Of a DNA stretch of 64,000 nucleotides, positions 20,675-31,486 are shown one piece after another; position 1 is the stretch's first letter, and the number at the start of each line of letters is the position of its first letter. The DNA is taken from NCBI GenBank assembly GCA_050949565.1, contig JBMNFY010000017.1, positions 672,001-736,000 of the forward strand, in the 5' to 3' direction. This DNA comes from Kiritimatiellia bacterium. Lineage in GTDB: Bacteria; Verrucomicrobiota; Kiritimatiellia; RFP12; UBA1067. Below the pieces are notes generated by a model. That model was not told the origin of the DNA. It saw nothing but the letters and a program-made list of their open reading frames with translations, and searched no databases. Position numbers and translations under genes: made by a program.

Positions 20675-21298
20675 CTAATGAACTGCTCCCGCTTCCTGCC
20701 ACACGGCTTGCAGCCTGCGGATGGCGGCCGCAGGATCGGACACTTGATTGACCGCGCGCACCACCGCGAAGGCGGTGGCGCCGTGACGGCGCACCTCCGC
20801 GAGATTCTCTGAGTCGATGCCGCCGATCGCCACAGTCGGCACGGGTGAGGCATGGATAATCACCCCCATCTCCTCAAGACCGAGTACCGGATCGGGGATC
20901 GCCTTGGTCGGCGTGGCGAAGACCGGCCCCACGCCGATATAATCCGGCGCGTATGCAACCGCATGTGCGGCCTGCTCACGGCTGTGCGTGGAAAGGCCAA
21001 AGACTTTGCCCGTCACCGGCCAGAGCCGCCGCGCTTCATCCAGCGGCATGTCGTCCTGACCCAGATGCACGCCGTCGGCGTCGACCTCGCGCGCGATCTC
21101 GACATCATCGTTGATCACCAGGCGCGTCGCCGTACCGCGCGTGATGGCGCGCAGCGTGTGCCCGACCGCAATGATCTCATCACGCGGCGCGCGCTTCATC
21201 CGCAACTGCAACCACCTCACGCCGCACGCCACCGCCGCTTCGGCGCAACGTTCGTATCCCGTCACCGGATTCGTCAAAATCAGATACAGTCCTTGCAT
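20675..21298 (-). CDS. thiE: Thiamine-phosphate synthase
   Basis: [45 protein letters not shown]. Confidence 0.95.
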   Translation of the reverse strand: MQGLYLILTNPVTGYERCAEAAVACGVRWLQLRMKRAPRDEIIAVGHTLRAITRGTATRLVINDDVEIAREVDADGVHLGQDDMPLDEARRLWPVTGKVFGLSTHSREQAAHAVAYAPDYIGVGPVFATPTKAIPDPVLGLEEMGVIIHASPVPTVAIGGIDSENLAEVRRHGATAFAVVRAVNQVSDPAAAIRRLQAVWQEAGAVH

Positions 21299-21304
21299 CT
21301 TGCA

Positions 21305-22063
21305 TCACCCTCTCGTACGACACATTTTACATGAACACCCATTCCGACGCATTACGCGCACCGTCCGCGCGGTCAAGTGCCAAGCGTCGAACACAAATAG
21401 ACGATTTACCAGCAATGTCTCGGGCGGTGCCTCAAGCAACAGCTTGATCGCTTCGGTCGCCTGCACCGTACCGATCACGCCCGGCAACGTACTCAGCGGC
21501 CCGCGCGGTGTGTCCTCTTCCGCCGTCGGAGGTTGCTCGAATACACAGCGGTAACAGGCGCTGCGCCCCGGAATCACCGTCATCGCCGATCCCTCGAACG
21601 CACGGATGCCGCCATGCACCACCGGCCGTCCGGCCGCATGACAGAGGTCCGCAATCAGGAATTTCGCCGCAAAGCTGTCGGTCGCGTCGATGACCACATC
21701 GTACCCCTCAATCATTTCGCGACCGTTCGCCGCCGTCAGGTGTTGCGGGATCGGCACGATCGTGACCTCGGGATTCAGCGCGTTCAGAGTATCCGCCGCC
21801 GATACCGTTTTGGGGCGTCCAAGATCAGCCGTGCGGTGCAGGATCTGGCGTTGCAGATTGCTCAATTCCAGCGTGTCGCCATCCATCACGCCAATCCGTC
21901 CCACCCCCGCCGCCGCTAGATAAAACGCCGCAGGCGAGCCGAGTCCGCCCACACCGACAACCAACACGCTGCCAGCGGCCAGACGCGCTTGTCCGGTCGC
22001 GCCGATCTCCGGCAACTCCAGATGCCGCGCGTAACGCGCTTTTTGATAAGAAGAGAGATTCAT
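21305..22063 (-). CDS. thiF: ThiF/MoeB sulfur-carrier adenylyltransferase
   Basis: RYARHL.LPEIG..GQ, VGVGGLGSP, SNLQRQILH, DATDS, CYRC; thi operon context. Confidence 0.9.
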   Translation of the reverse strand: MNLSSYQKARYARHLELPEIGATGQARLAAGSVLVVGVGGLGSPAAFYLAAAGVGRIGVMDGDTLELSNLQRQILHRTADLGRPKTVSAADTLNALNPEVTIVPIPQHLTAANGREMIEGYDVVIDATDSFAAKFLIADLCHAAGRPVVHGGIRAFEGSAMTVIPGRSACYRCVFEQPPTAEEDTPRGPLSTLPGVIGTVQATEAIKLLLEAPPETLLVNRLFVFDAWHLTARTVRVMRRNGCSCKMCRTRG

Positions 22064-22111
22064 GTTTGTTTAACGCAGAGGCACAGAGACGCAGAGTTTT
22101 TTATGGTGTAA

Positions 22112-22253
22112 CGGCGTGACCGCCGCTGGGGAGGGACGAGCGTTTGCTCGTCCGCGGGCAAGCAGACGCTTGCCCCTCCCGGTGCTCCGCAATGAAACCT
22201 GAAACCGTCCTTCCGCGCAGCGGAAGGCGGCTCGTGGGGACACTCGCCCTCCA
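22112..22253 (-). repeat. Dispersed repeat of about 143 bp (also 30938-31080 on +; 5' part at 52085-52140)
   Basis: TGGAGGGCGAGTGTCCCCACGAGCCGCCTTCCGCTG.GCGGAAGG...GGGCAAGCGTCTGCTTGCCC...GGACGAGCA.ACGCTCGTCC; near-identical between copies, with several internal hairpins. Confidence 0.9.
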
Positions 22254-22312
22254 AAAAACGCTGAACGTCGAACTCTGAACTCTGAAGTAAAAAAACTCCT
22301 AAATCCTAAATC

Positions 22313-23482
22313 CTAAATCCCGCCTTCCGCGCGCAGCGCAGAAGGCGGCGACAGTACCGACCGGTACGCGCTATCCCAGTTTTTGAAAACGGGGTCTAGT
22401 CCGTGCGCGCGCAACATCGTGCAGAAGGCTGTCACGTCACGACCATCCGACACCGCGAACTGTCCCGTGTCCTCAGCACGACCATCATAGCCGCCCACCG
22501 TTGTGCGGCTGCCGGCACTCATGCGATTGATACCCACCCCGGCCAGACCATCGCGAAACGCCGGTGCCTCGCGTGTCGAAAGTACCAACGTGGTCTCCGG
22601 CAGACAAATGCGGAAAGCAAAAATGAGCTGCGCCAGCCAACGGTCGCCGACCGGATGCGGCGCTTGAAAGCCCCCCGCCTCAGGCCGCAACCTGGGAAAC
22701 GAAACAGAGAACGCTGCGCGCCAGAAACGCTGTTGCAACACGCGGACATGCCGGAAGAGCGCGAGTGCGTCGGCCAATGGATCGGCCAGTCCCAGCAACG
22801 CGCCAAGCCCCACGCTCGCGACACCGCCGGACAGCGCACGCGACGGCGCGTCCAACCGCGCCGCATAGTCGCGCTTCGGACCCCATCGGTGGAAACGTTC
22901 ATAGGCATCGGGATCATAGGTCTCCTGATAGATCGTCACGCCGGTGCAACCGGCCTCCGCCAGCGCGCGATACTCGTCAACCGTCATCGGGAATGCTTCC
23001 ACCGTGACCTCGTGAAAGAGACGCGCCGCCATGCGCACGCCCGCAAGCAGATAGTCGAAACCGGCGTGCGGCGTACGTTCGCCCGTCAGCAGTAGCACCT
23101 GCTCGAAGCCCAACCGCTTCAGCGCGGTCAACTCGCGTTCGATTTCGTCGGGTTCCAACCGATGACGCACTTGGTCGCGATCGGCGGCAAACCCGCAGTA
23201 AGCGCAACCGCCGGAGCAGTAATTCGAAAGATACAACGGCGCGTAGAGCTGGATCGTGCGACCGAACTGGCGGCGCGTCAAAGCCTGTGCCCGTTGCGCC
23301 ATGGCCTCCAGCCAGCGCGTCGGCTCCGCGCGCACCAGCGTGACAAACGCCGCTTCGTCGGGCTCTTCTGTAGTCAGCGCGGCGGCGACCGCCCGCGCAT
23401 CTGGCGGTGGCAACTCCAACCAAGGACGCGGATCCAGTTCGCGGGGCATGTCGCCGCGCGGCGATGATGAGACCGCATTCAC
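22313..23482 (-). CDS. thiH: 2-iminoacetate synthase (radical SAM)
   Basis: [20 protein letters not shown] (CxxxCxxC), [39 protein letters not shown]; overlaps the thiG stop. Confidence 0.93.
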   Translation of the reverse strand: MNAVSSSPRGDMPRELDPRPWLELPPPDARAVAAALTTEEPDEAAFVTLVRAEPTRWLEAMAQRAQALTRRQFGRTIQLYAPLYLSNYCSGGCAYCGFAADRDQVRHRLEPDEIERELTALKRLGFEQVLLLTGERTPHAGFDYLLAGVRMAARLFHEVTVEAFPMTVDEYRALAEAGCTGVTIYQETYDPDAYERFHRWGPKRDYAARLDAPSRALSGGVASVGLGALLGLADPLADALALFRHVRVLQQRFWRAAFSVSFPRLRPEAGGFQAPHPVGDRWLAQLIFAFRICLPETTLVLSTREAPAFRDGLAGVGINRMSAGSRTTVGGYDGRAEDTGQFAVSDGRDVTAFCTMLRAHGLDPVFKNWDSAYRSVLSPPSALRAEGGI

Positions 23483-24276
23483 ACGCGCTCCCCTCCTTGC
23501 AGAAAGGTGGTCAATGGACTGCTAGCCTGCGCCTCCTGTCCCACGGGCATGAGGCCGGCTCGCCGGGCGCTACGACCGGCCGCCACCGCCTGCGCAAAGG
23601 CCGCAGCCATGGCCGGCGGATCGCCGGCATCGGCCACCGCCGTGTTAACGAGCACTGCGTCACAGCCCATCTCCAACGCGGCGGCGGCCTGCGACGGCGC
23701 ACGCAGTCCCGCATCCACGATCACGGGGATGCACGCCTCGCGCACAATGATCTTCAGCAACTCGGCCGAGGCCAGCCCCTGGCCGCTGCCGATCGCTGCG
23801 CCCAGCGGCATGACCGAGGCACAGCCGACCTCTTCGAGGCGTTTGGCCAAAACCGGGTCGGGGGGGATGTACGGCATCACCAGCCAGCCATCGGCCGCCA
23901 GCACGCGTGCGGCCTCATAGGTCTCGATCGGGTCGGGCATCAGGTGGCGCGGATTGGGGTGGATTTCGACTTTGACCAAACGGCTGCCGCACAACTCGCG
24001 TGCGATGCGCGCGGCCTGAATCGCCTCCTCAGCGTTACGCGCGCCCGACGTGTTGGGCATCAACGTGACACCCTCCATCGCCAACAACGGCGTCAGTAGC
24101 GCATCGTCCGGGCGATCGCGGTCAAAGCGCCGCAGTGCCACAGTCACGATCTGTACACCTGACGCGGCCACGGCGCGCGCCATGACGTCGGCACTGGCGA
24201 ATTTACCTGTCCCTAACAGTAGGCGTGAAGTGTAGGCGTGATCGCCCAACACCAAAGCATCATCTTCTTGATTCAT
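23479..24276 (-). CDS. thiG: Thiazole synthase
   Basis: [49 protein letters not shown]. Confidence 0.96.
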   Translation of the reverse strand: MNQEDDALVLGDHAYTSRLLLGTGKFASADVMARAVAASGVQIVTVALRRFDRDRPDDALLTPLLAMEGVTLMPNTSGARNAEEAIQAARIARELCGSRLVKVEIHPNPRHLMPDPIETYEAARVLAADGWLVMPYIPPDPVLAKRLEEVGCASVMPLGAAIGSGQGLASAELLKIIVREACIPVIVDAGLRAPSQAAAALEMGCDAVLVNTAVADAGDPPAMAAAFAQAVAAGRSARRAGLMPVGQEAQASSPLTTFLQGGERV

Positions 24277-24299
24277 GTTTCGTTGTCCTTTTCATCACA

Positions 24300-24494
24300 T
24301 CAGCCGCCGCCCGCGAAGGTCAACAGTTCCACACGGTCGCCCTCGGCGAGTGCCGTGGTGGCCTGTTCGGCGGCGGGCACCACGCGGTCATTCACCACGG
24401 CGGCCACGCGCACAGCGGGTGCTTGTTCAGCAATCAATTCCGATACAAATCGCGCCACGGTCTCGTAAGGTTCGCCATTCAGCAAAATTTTCAT
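24300..24494 (-). CDS. thiS: Sulfur carrier protein ThiS
   Basis: MKILLNGE...VAAVVNDRVVP...LAEGDRVELLTFAGGG; C-terminal GG; GGAG before ATG 24494. Confidence 0.95.
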   Translation of the reverse strand: MKILLNGEPYETVARFVSELIAEQAPAVRVAAVVNDRVVPAAEQATTALAEGDRVELLTFAGGG

Positions 24495-24525
24495 CGTTGC
24501 ACTCCTCCCGACGGCGCCGGAAAAC

Positions 24526-24558
24526 AAAAAAGGAATGCACGCCGGTCGGGTGCATTCC
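24526..24558 (-). terminator. Riboswitch-controlled intrinsic terminator
   Basis: On the minus strand, GGAATGCAC-ccgaccggc-GTGCATTCC-TTTTTT lies between the TPP aptamer and thiS. Confidence 0.85.
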
Positions 24559-24568
24559 CTGTCTGAGT

Positions 24569-24645
24569 CTCCCTTCGCCGGCATGATCCGGATCAGGTTC
24601 TGCGGGTGTGATCTCAGCTCTTCCGCGCGGAAGAACACCCCGGCC
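24569..24645 (-). ncRNA. TPP riboswitch
   Basis: Minus strand reads GGGGTG...GCTGAGATCACACCCGCAGAACCTGATCCGGATCATGCCGGCGAAGGGA upstream of thiS. Confidence 0.96.
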
Positions 24646-24713
24646 GTTTGGTGTCACAGCGTACGCCAGCGGGTCCGGATTGTCAATCCGGTTTGAAACG
24701 CCTATAATGCGGC

Positions 24714-25367
24714 ATGAAAAAAATTCTGCTGACACTCGTCTTTTTGGCGGCGGTCTCAACGGCCATAGCTGATTCAATACAGCTTTTCAATGGACGCGAC
24801 CTCACAGGCTGGAAGGTCGCCGACCTGTTTGAAAGCGGCAAGGTTGAGGTGCTGCCGGACGGCTCTGTCGAGTGCGGTTTCGGCAATCCTATGACCGGCA
24901 TCGCCTATACCAACACGCCGCCGCGCATGAACTACGAACTCTCCCTGCAAGCCGTTCGCGTCCAAGGCGCAGATTTCTTCATCGCGCTCACCCTGCCGAT
25001 CGAAACCAACTATTGCACCATCATCATCGGCGGTTGGGGCGGCAGTCTGTGTGGCATCTCGTCCGTCGATTACATGGACGCCTCGGAAAACCAGTGGAGC
25101 GAAAGCATCAACCTCGAGAACGAGCGCTGGTATACCCTGCGTGTGCGCGTCACGCCCGGCGTCTTGCAGGTCTTTCTCGACGAGACGCTTTTCACCGCCC
25201 GCGTGGAAGGACCGCCGTCACGCTTCAGCCTGCGATCGGGCAGCGACATCGACAAGACGGGGCCGCTGGGCCTCGCTACCTACCGCACCAAAGCCCGTTG
25301 GCGTAATTTCACTCTCACGCCGATCACGGAATTGGGGCCCAAGGACAAGCCGATGCTGGACGAGTGA
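24714..25367 (+). CDS. DUF1080 / 3-keto-disaccharide hydrolase family secreted protein
   Basis: Signal peptide, LFNGRDLTGW, NYEL, GGWGG..CGISS.D..DASEN, WY.LRVRV. Confidence 0.85.
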   Translation: MKKILLTLVFLAAVSTAIADSIQLFNGRDLTGWKVADLFESGKVEVLPDGSVECGFGNPMTGIAYTNTPPRMNYELSLQAVRVQGADFFIALTLPIETNYCTIIIGGWGGSLCGISSVDYMDASENQWSESINLENERWYTLRVRVTPGVLQVFLDETLFTARVEGPPSRFSLRSGSDIDKTGPLGLATYRTKARWRNFTLTPITELGPKDKPMLDE

Positions 25368-25379
25368 GCCGCCGCCCGC

Positions 25380-27803
25380 TCAGTACGTGACCCAGCGCAC
25401 GCCGCCCACCACCAGCCGCACACGGCTGTTGCGCTCGGCGTTGATGCCGATCATCACGGCCTTGATTTCGGTCGGCGACAGCTTCCCGTCGGCATCAGGG
25501 CGCGAATGCGTGCCCCATATCGCCTTGTCAAAAAAGGCCGTGAGCGTCTGCCGTCCTCGCCGGGAAAAGTCGTACGGCAACTCGCACAGGTAGCACGAGC
25601 CCCCCGCCTCGACAAACTGCACACGCAACGTACCCGTGCCTTCCAGCACCTCGACCTCGGTCTGCATACCGTCAGCCCCTTCCGGCGGACGCTCCGTCGC
25701 GGCAAGTGTGAGTCGAGGGTAACCCCACGGGTCTTGGTTGCCGAACCGCATGTCGAAGGCCATGCCGCTGTCTTGCAGTGCATGCGTCATCGTCGCGCCG
25801 CCCACAATGTTGTCGGCCCAAGCCGCAGGATCGGTCACCGAGGCGATCTCTCGTACATGCGACGGCGTCACGGCGGTCGCCGGACAGGCCAACCGGAATG
25901 CGAGCCGGGGCTGTCCTGCCGCGCCGAAATCGCCGTGCAGACGTACCGGCACACCGAAGACCGCCTGACGGCCGGCCTGCGCCGGGATCACGACCTTGAG
26001 CGCCATAACCTGACGCTCCATCGGACGCAGTTCAATCTTCTCCGTCGGCAGCGTCACGCGCCATCCCTCCGGCACGACATCGACCTTCAAACTGCCGCGC
26101 ACGGTCGCTTCGCTGAAATTGTAGAGCGCGACTGGCACCTGTTTTTCTGCATCCAGTCCCACCTCATACGCCTGAATGTCGAGCCGTGATTGCGCTTGCG
26201 GCATCACAACCTGAAACACCACCGGCGAAGGCGCAAGCGAATCCGATGAAGGCGCTGGTGACACACGCAACGGCTTCTCCACCGCAAACTGTTCGCCCGC
26301 GCCCGACGGCAGCACCGCAAAAAACGGTGCTTCTGTCAGCGTCGCCGGTACGCCATCACGCAGCGGCCGCCCGTATCCATCGTAGACCGCCTCGACTGTC
26401 ACGCCGCGCAGCATGTCAGCCGACGTCTGGCCCTTGTCGGCCCAAGCGACCAGAACATCGCGCGCCGCGCCGTCCGGTCGTGCACGGAAAGCGTAGACGC
26501 GTGCTGCGCCGTTGGTCATGCGCCCCAACGGCTGCGCGCCAGCCAACAGTCGCCCTGTAGCGGCCAGCGCGAGATAACCGCGGCGCGGTGTGAGATCGCG
26601 ACGCAACAGACCAAACTGTATCTGTCCTTCACAGTAGTTGCCGAGGATGAAAAAGTAGTGCTGCGACACGCCCGCAAAAAGACTTGTCGCGAACGACTTC
26701 GGCACAAAGCGCGCCTGACGCACTTCTTCCGCTTCCGGCAGATCGCCGTGCTCACCGTTCCACCGCACATGAATCCCGCACTCGCTGAGCCAGATCGGAC
26801 GCCCGCACGCGCCCTGACGGGCGGTCTCGAATTCGCCCGTGTACTTTTCGACGCCGCTGTAGGTGTGGTTGTTGTAGGTGTCGTAATACGGCCAGGCCCC
26901 CCCCTCGATCACGCCCTCTACGTGCAGCGCTGACCCCGACCCGGCGTAGACGTTCCAGCACACGGTCAGCGACGGATCACCCGCCTTAAAACCGAGATAC
27001 GATGCTTTCTGCAACGCAACCATCTCGTCGATGAGATGCCCGCCAAAACCGGGGATGTTGGCCTCGTTCCAAGGTTCCCACGCCTGAATGACGCCTTTGA
27101 AGCGTTCAGCCATCGCGCGACAGAAACGGAACGAATCACGCAGGTCACGCGGAAAGCGCTTGTAGGGCTTGCCCTCCTCCAGCCGTGGCATTTGCGCCCA
27201 CGACGGCGTGCTGTGATAGACCTGCAACACCTCAAGCCCCGCGCCGCGCAGAATACGCGCCGAATCGTCATAACGCGTCGCCGCATGGAACTCGCCGGGC
27301 GCGTGCTCAAGATCGCCCCACGTCAACCGGTCCCGCACACCGCTCACGCCCGCCAGCGCCGCGAGACTGGCGAATGCCGCCATTTTACGGCGGTCCCGCT
27401 CCGGCTCACCCGTGCGTGTGAACCAAGCGTTCGCGGTATCAATCCGAATCGGCGAGTCAGACGGGACGGGCACTGCCAGCCGCTTCAACACCGCTGCGGT
27501 CGTCCAGGCGACCGGCTTGCCAGCGCCATCAAGCCCTTCGATCCGGTACCAGCCCACCGGTTGCCGCCCCAGTTCGACGTGCGTCATTCCCGCTTTGTAC
27601 GCGCCCCGCACAACGTTCTTACCATCGAGATCACGCGCCTCCCAACTCACCGCCTTGTCAAAGCCGGCTGGCAACACGACGCGCACCTCATCCTTTTCAG
27701 TGCAGACATTACCTGGCCGCTCCGGCAGGGGCAACGGTACCGTCGTCGCCATACACGCGCCTCCGTACACACACAACAACACCTGTGCAAACGTCTTCAT
27801 CAT
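25380..27803 (-). CDS. Secreted clan-A glycoside hydrolase (GH39/GH5-like)
   Basis: Signal peptide; VRDRLTW..LE..PGEF, STPSWA, WEPWNEAN (acid/base), PIWLSECG (nucleophile), FGLL. Confidence 0.75.
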   Translation of the reverse strand: MMKTFAQVLLCVYGGACMATTVPLPLPERPGNVCTEKDEVRVVLPAGFDKAVSWEARDLDGKNVVRGAYKAGMTHVELGRQPVGWYRIEGLDGAGKPVAWTTAAVLKRLAVPVPSDSPIRIDTANAWFTRTGEPERDRRKMAAFASLAALAGVSGVRDRLTWGDLEHAPGEFHAATRYDDSARILRGAGLEVLQVYHSTPSWAQMPRLEEGKPYKRFPRDLRDSFRFCRAMAERFKGVIQAWEPWNEANIPGFGGHLIDEMVALQKASYLGFKAGDPSLTVCWNVYAGSGSALHVEGVIEGGAWPYYDTYNNHTYSGVEKYTGEFETARQGACGRPIWLSECGIHVRWNGEHGDLPEAEEVRQARFVPKSFATSLFAGVSQHYFFILGNYCEGQIQFGLLRRDLTPRRGYLALAATGRLLAGAQPLGRMTNGAARVYAFRARPDGAARDVLVAWADKGQTSADMLRGVTVEAVYDGYGRPLRDGVPATLTEAPFFAVLPSGAGEQFAVEKPLRVSPAPSSDSLAPSPVVFQVVMPQAQSRLDIQAYEVGLDAEKQVPVALYNFSEATVRGSLKVDVVPEGWRVTLPTEKIELRPMERQVMALKVVIPAQAGRQAVFGVPVRLHGDFGAAGQPRLAFRLACPATAVTPSHVREIASVTDPAAWADNIVGGATMTHALQDSGMAFDMRFGNQDPWGYPRLTLAATERPPEGADGMQTEVEVLEGTGTLRVQFVEAGGSCYLCELPYDFSRRGRQTLTAFFDKAIWGTHSRPDADGKLSPTEIKAVMIGINAERNSRVRLVVGGVRWVTY

Positions 27804-27862
27804 CTTTGGTTTCCTGATAGAGTGGTTTTAGTGATCATCGGCATTAACGAAGATCCGAGCCG

Positions 27863-30535
27863 TCACTGCAGAGACGCCGTCAAACGTTTTACTAGTTCGT
27901 CCGGTGACAGAGAACTCGCTGCATAGCGCATTGTACCGGGGAGGGTGGCCGGATCAGTCAGCGCGTTGCCGAAGAGATCGGTCCAGCGGATGGCAGGATC
28001 TTGGACAAACGGCAACTTGGCGTCGCGTCCACCGCAGAGCACCGCGCAGCTTCCGCCGCGACCCGCGAAGAGATAGACGAAGCGGTTCGCGCCCAGATCG
28101 ACTTTGCGCACGAACGGCTTGCCTTCCAGCGAACGCGTGAGGTGGGAATAGGCAGCCAGTCCCGGATGCGGATAGCCGTCCGCTCCCAACAACACCATGA
28201 AGCTCGGCGCGGTGGCGAGGGATGAGTAACCGTGCGCCGTGTAAAGGAAGACCTTGGCTATCTTCTGCGCCAGCAGACTGACGGTGTAGCGGCAGTTCCT
28301 CTCAGCCAAGTTGACCGTATCCTCTTCCGGCTGCCAAGTGATGGTGTGTTTGTACAGGCCCGTCATGCGCTGCTCGCCTCTGCCGGAGCCTGTGCTACCA
28401 CCCTGTCCCTCGCTCATGTAGATCGGCTTGCCGCCCGCGTTCGGGAACTTGTCGAAGATTTCACCGACCGCATAGTGATAGGCCTGCGCCACGCTGTCAT
28501 CCGCGAGGCATGTCGCGTTCTTGGTGTAGAGGTGGAAGTCGATGGTATCGCACACCTCCATGCCTCCGGCGGCAAGCACACCCGCCGTCCACAACTGACC
28601 GCTCCCGCCGCCTGTGGAATTGAATCCGGCGACCTTGATGGTGGGGTCCACGGCCTTGACGGTCCGGTAGGCTCCGCGACAAAGCTCCGTGAAATCGCGC
28701 TCGGCGTCATCCTTCCCGAAGAACTTCGCGTCCTTTCCCGACTTCCACCATCCGCCCCAAGGCTCGTTCCAGACGAAATATTCGTCGATCACCCCTTTGT
28801 AGCGCGTGACGAACGTCTTCACATAGGCGTTGAACTCTTCATTATTTTTCGGGCGCATGAATTTTTCAAAGTACCCCATGTGCTTGCAGCCCAAGTCGTC
28901 GTAGTGCGAGGCCCAGGCCGGCGCAGTTCCCAACTGCGCGAAAATCTTGATCCCGTTTTTACGGTAACGCTGGAGGTCCGCGTCCATGAAGGTCCACTCA
29001 CCTTTTTTCTTCTCAAGATTCCACCAGCCGCAGTACTCGGTACCGGCGTCGTGCAGACGCGCCCAGTTGATACCGCACGCTTTCATCATGCGGATGGTCG
29101 ACTCCAAAGCGATAAAGTGACAACCGAAGGGTGAGTCCGGTGCGTCCTGCCCCCAGAAAACCGGACGTTCCAACCGCGTCATCACGATCTCGTTGTAGGG
29201 CGAGATGCGCGTGCCGTCGCGTTCCACCCACGCCTCGATCCGGAATTGACCGAGGGGCCGGGCGGGAAAAACGTCGAACCGCAACGTGCCGTCAAACTGC
29301 TTCGATCCTGCCGGCACGCGCAGATCTGCCAGCGGTACGCTTGTTCCGTAAAGGTCTGTCACGCAACTTTTCAGTACCGCGCCGCCTGCCTCGCCTGTCA
29401 CGCAGAAACGCACTTCGGCGCGCTCGTCTGCGAACTGAATACGCGTCTCGGCAATCTCGGAGGTTCCCGGAGCGAGCGCCACCTCGCAGGCGCGGTCCTT
29501 CAGGTCGGCGGCCGCCGAATCAGCGAACGCACGCAAGGCGTCCAAGCGGAAGGTTCCGCTCCCGGTGAAACGCAGACAGAAACAGAGTGCCTCGCCGGGC
29601 AGCACGAAAGCCAGCTTGGCCGTCTGCCAACCGTTTGAAGGCGTCAGCGTCTTGCCGCCCATGGCACGACCGTCACGCATCAGTTCCACGCGACACGCAT
29701 TGTCGGCTTGGTATGCGAACGTGATCGTGTGGGGCTTGTCCGGCTGATTGGTTTGGAAGGGCTCGGAGTACAGCGCGAACCCCTCGCCGGATGTGACGAC
29801 AAGCGAAGGGACGCCCCCTTCACCGGGATGCGCGGTGTCGGCTCCGTAGGTGGCGGTACGGCTGTCGCGGTCGATGTTCCAACCACAGGGCAGCCCCAAC
29901 GGGAAGCGGCTGTTGCGGAAGAAGTTCTTCACCGAGGCGTCCGGACGCGGCACCGTGGCAGCAAGCTCCTCTTTGCTGAGACGCGCCAGTTCCACCGAGG
30001 CAATGTCCGTAATGCCGCCGCCCAAGTAGAAAAAGATCGCCACACGTGATTCGCTGCGCTCCCGTGTCTGGATGACGAAGCGCCGTTCCTTCCATCCGTC
30101 GGCAGGCAGGAACTCCGCCGTGCCGAAACTCCGATAGGGCGCGCCCACCTGACGCAGACCGAACTGAAGGGGGGCGGCGTGCGGGCGGGCCGTCACAACC
30201 AGCTCGAACACGCCCGGCAGCGCGATCTCGCCGCCACTGATCGAGAACTGCACAGCCGAATCGATCTTTTCCGTGTGGAACCGCAAAAATGTGCGCCCGT
30301 CTTCCGTGAGCCGTTCCGTACGCGCCACAGAGGCGTTCCACGCGGCGAAGTTCTCGCTCACCCTCGGTGGCAGCGTGCCTTGAAAGCGGCCGATCTTTTC
30401 GTACGAGCAGGCTCTTCCTTCCTGTCCAAAATCTACGCGGAACACCGTTTCTCTGGCTTCCGCCAACTGCATCCATCCCGCGCAGAAAGCCGCGCCGATC
30501 AGTATTGTGAGCCACCGTTTTGAGTGAGTCGTCAT
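27863..30535 (-). CDS. Secreted clan-A glycoside hydrolase (GH39-like) with N-terminal CBM-like domains
   Basis: MTTHSKRW signal peptide; DSPFGCH, GINWARLHD, LGTAPAWA, YFVWNEPW, IDFHLY, PIYMSEG. Confidence 0.75.
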   Translation of the reverse strand: MTTHSKRWLTILIGAAFCAGWMQLAEARETVFRVDFGQEGRACSYEKIGRFQGTLPPRVSENFAAWNASVARTERLTEDGRTFLRFHTEKIDSAVQFSISGGEIALPGVFELVVTARPHAAPLQFGLRQVGAPYRSFGTAEFLPADGWKERRFVIQTRERSESRVAIFFYLGGGITDIASVELARLSKEELAATVPRPDASVKNFFRNSRFPLGLPCGWNIDRDSRTATYGADTAHPGEGGVPSLVVTSGEGFALYSEPFQTNQPDKPHTITFAYQADNACRVELMRDGRAMGGKTLTPSNGWQTAKLAFVLPGEALCFCLRFTGSGTFRLDALRAFADSAAADLKDRACEVALAPGTSEIAETRIQFADERAEVRFCVTGEAGGAVLKSCVTDLYGTSVPLADLRVPAGSKQFDGTLRFDVFPARPLGQFRIEAWVERDGTRISPYNEIVMTRLERPVFWGQDAPDSPFGCHFIALESTIRMMKACGINWARLHDAGTEYCGWWNLEKKKGEWTFMDADLQRYRKNGIKIFAQLGTAPAWASHYDDLGCKHMGYFEKFMRPKNNEEFNAYVKTFVTRYKGVIDEYFVWNEPWGGWWKSGKDAKFFGKDDAERDFTELCRGAYRTVKAVDPTIKVAGFNSTGGGSGQLWTAGVLAAGGMEVCDTIDFHLYTKNATCLADDSVAQAYHYAVGEIFDKFPNAGGKPIYMSEGQGGSTGSGRGEQRMTGLYKHTITWQPEEDTVNLAERNCRYTVSLLAQKIAKVFLYTAHGYSSLATAPSFMVLLGADGYPHPGLAAYSHLTRSLEGKPFVRKVDLGANRFVYLFAGRGGSCAVLCGGRDAKLPFVQDPAIRWTDLFGNALTDPATLPGTMRYAASSLSPDELVKRLTASLQ

Positions 30536-30817
30536 CGTTTCTCCCTGAGTTCTGTTTACGCCGCCATCCCGCGCCCTTGCGCCTTTTTGCATACCTCAGA
30601 ACTGTAACCCCGAAATCACTTTGGAACAAGCGCTTTCTGCGGCAGCGCGGTAATCGGTTAGTGACAGGGGTGTGGTGCTCGGTTTTTTTATCACACGAAG
30701 GCACAAAGGACACGAAGGTTTTTTTGGGGGGGGCATTGCTCGGGTTTATTTAACAACGGAATACACTGAACACACGGAAAGGCACAGCTCTGCTGTTTCA
30801 CGCGAAGACGCGAAGAT

Positions 30818-30967
30818 TGGAGGGCGAGTGTCCCCACGAGCCGCCTGGACGCGGCAATGGAGGGCGAGTGTCCCCACGAGCCGCCTGGACGCGGCAATGG
30901 AGGGCGAGTGTCCCCACGAGCCGCCTGGACGCGGCAATGGAGGGCGAGTGTCCCCACGAGCCGCCTT
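30818..30967 (+). repeat. 40-bp tandem repeat, 3 full copies plus 1 partial
   Basis: TGGAGGGCGAGTGTCCCCACGAGCCGCCTGGACGCGGCAA at 30818, 30858 and 30898; the fourth copy runs into the 143-bp dispersed repeat. Confidence 0.95.
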
Positions 30968-31486
30968 CCGCTGTGCGGAAGGATGGTTTCAGGGTTTCAT
31001 TGCGGAGCACCGGGAGGGGCAAGCGTCTGCTTGCCCGCGGACGAGCAGACGCTCGTCCCTCCCCGGCGGCGGTCACGCCGCCACACGGGCAAGACACACA
31101 CCTCTGCACCTCCGTGTTAAAAAAACCGATCCTCCAAAACCCTTTGCGTTCTGTGCGTTCTTTGCGGCTATTACCGTAGCCATGCTCCAAAAATCTGCGG
31201 CATCTGCGAAATCTGCGGATCAAAAAAACCGAGCCTTGCCAGAAACCAAAGAGCGTTGAAGATTCAACTGCTCTTTTTAGGCTAACCGATTACGCGAGGG
31301 TTGGCGGAGCGCCGCTTGCCTCCAATCTGTTCGATAGCTTTGCGGAGCATCGCGAGTATCAATTTTGAGAATTTTTAGGGTTGACTTTTCCCCCCCCCGC
31401 ACAATGCGTGCCAACCATAGGGACCGGTGGGTTGCCGGTTAATCCTACGTGATGGTAATGAACAGAACCCAACTGAAAGGCTATTT

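Noticed and set aside
22313-23482. HydG rather than ThiH, given hydF in the window
   Set aside because: It is short (389 aa), lacks a C-terminal CxxC...C cluster motif, and sits between thiG and thiF.
30818-30967. CRISPR array (29-bp repeat x4)
   Set aside because: The intervening 11-bp sequences are identical and too short, and no cas genes are present; it is a tandem repeat.
30672-31259. ORFs across the 30.7-31.3 kb mosaic as a transposase remnant
   Set aside because: The translations are repeat-derived, with no DDE, HUH or recombinase motif.
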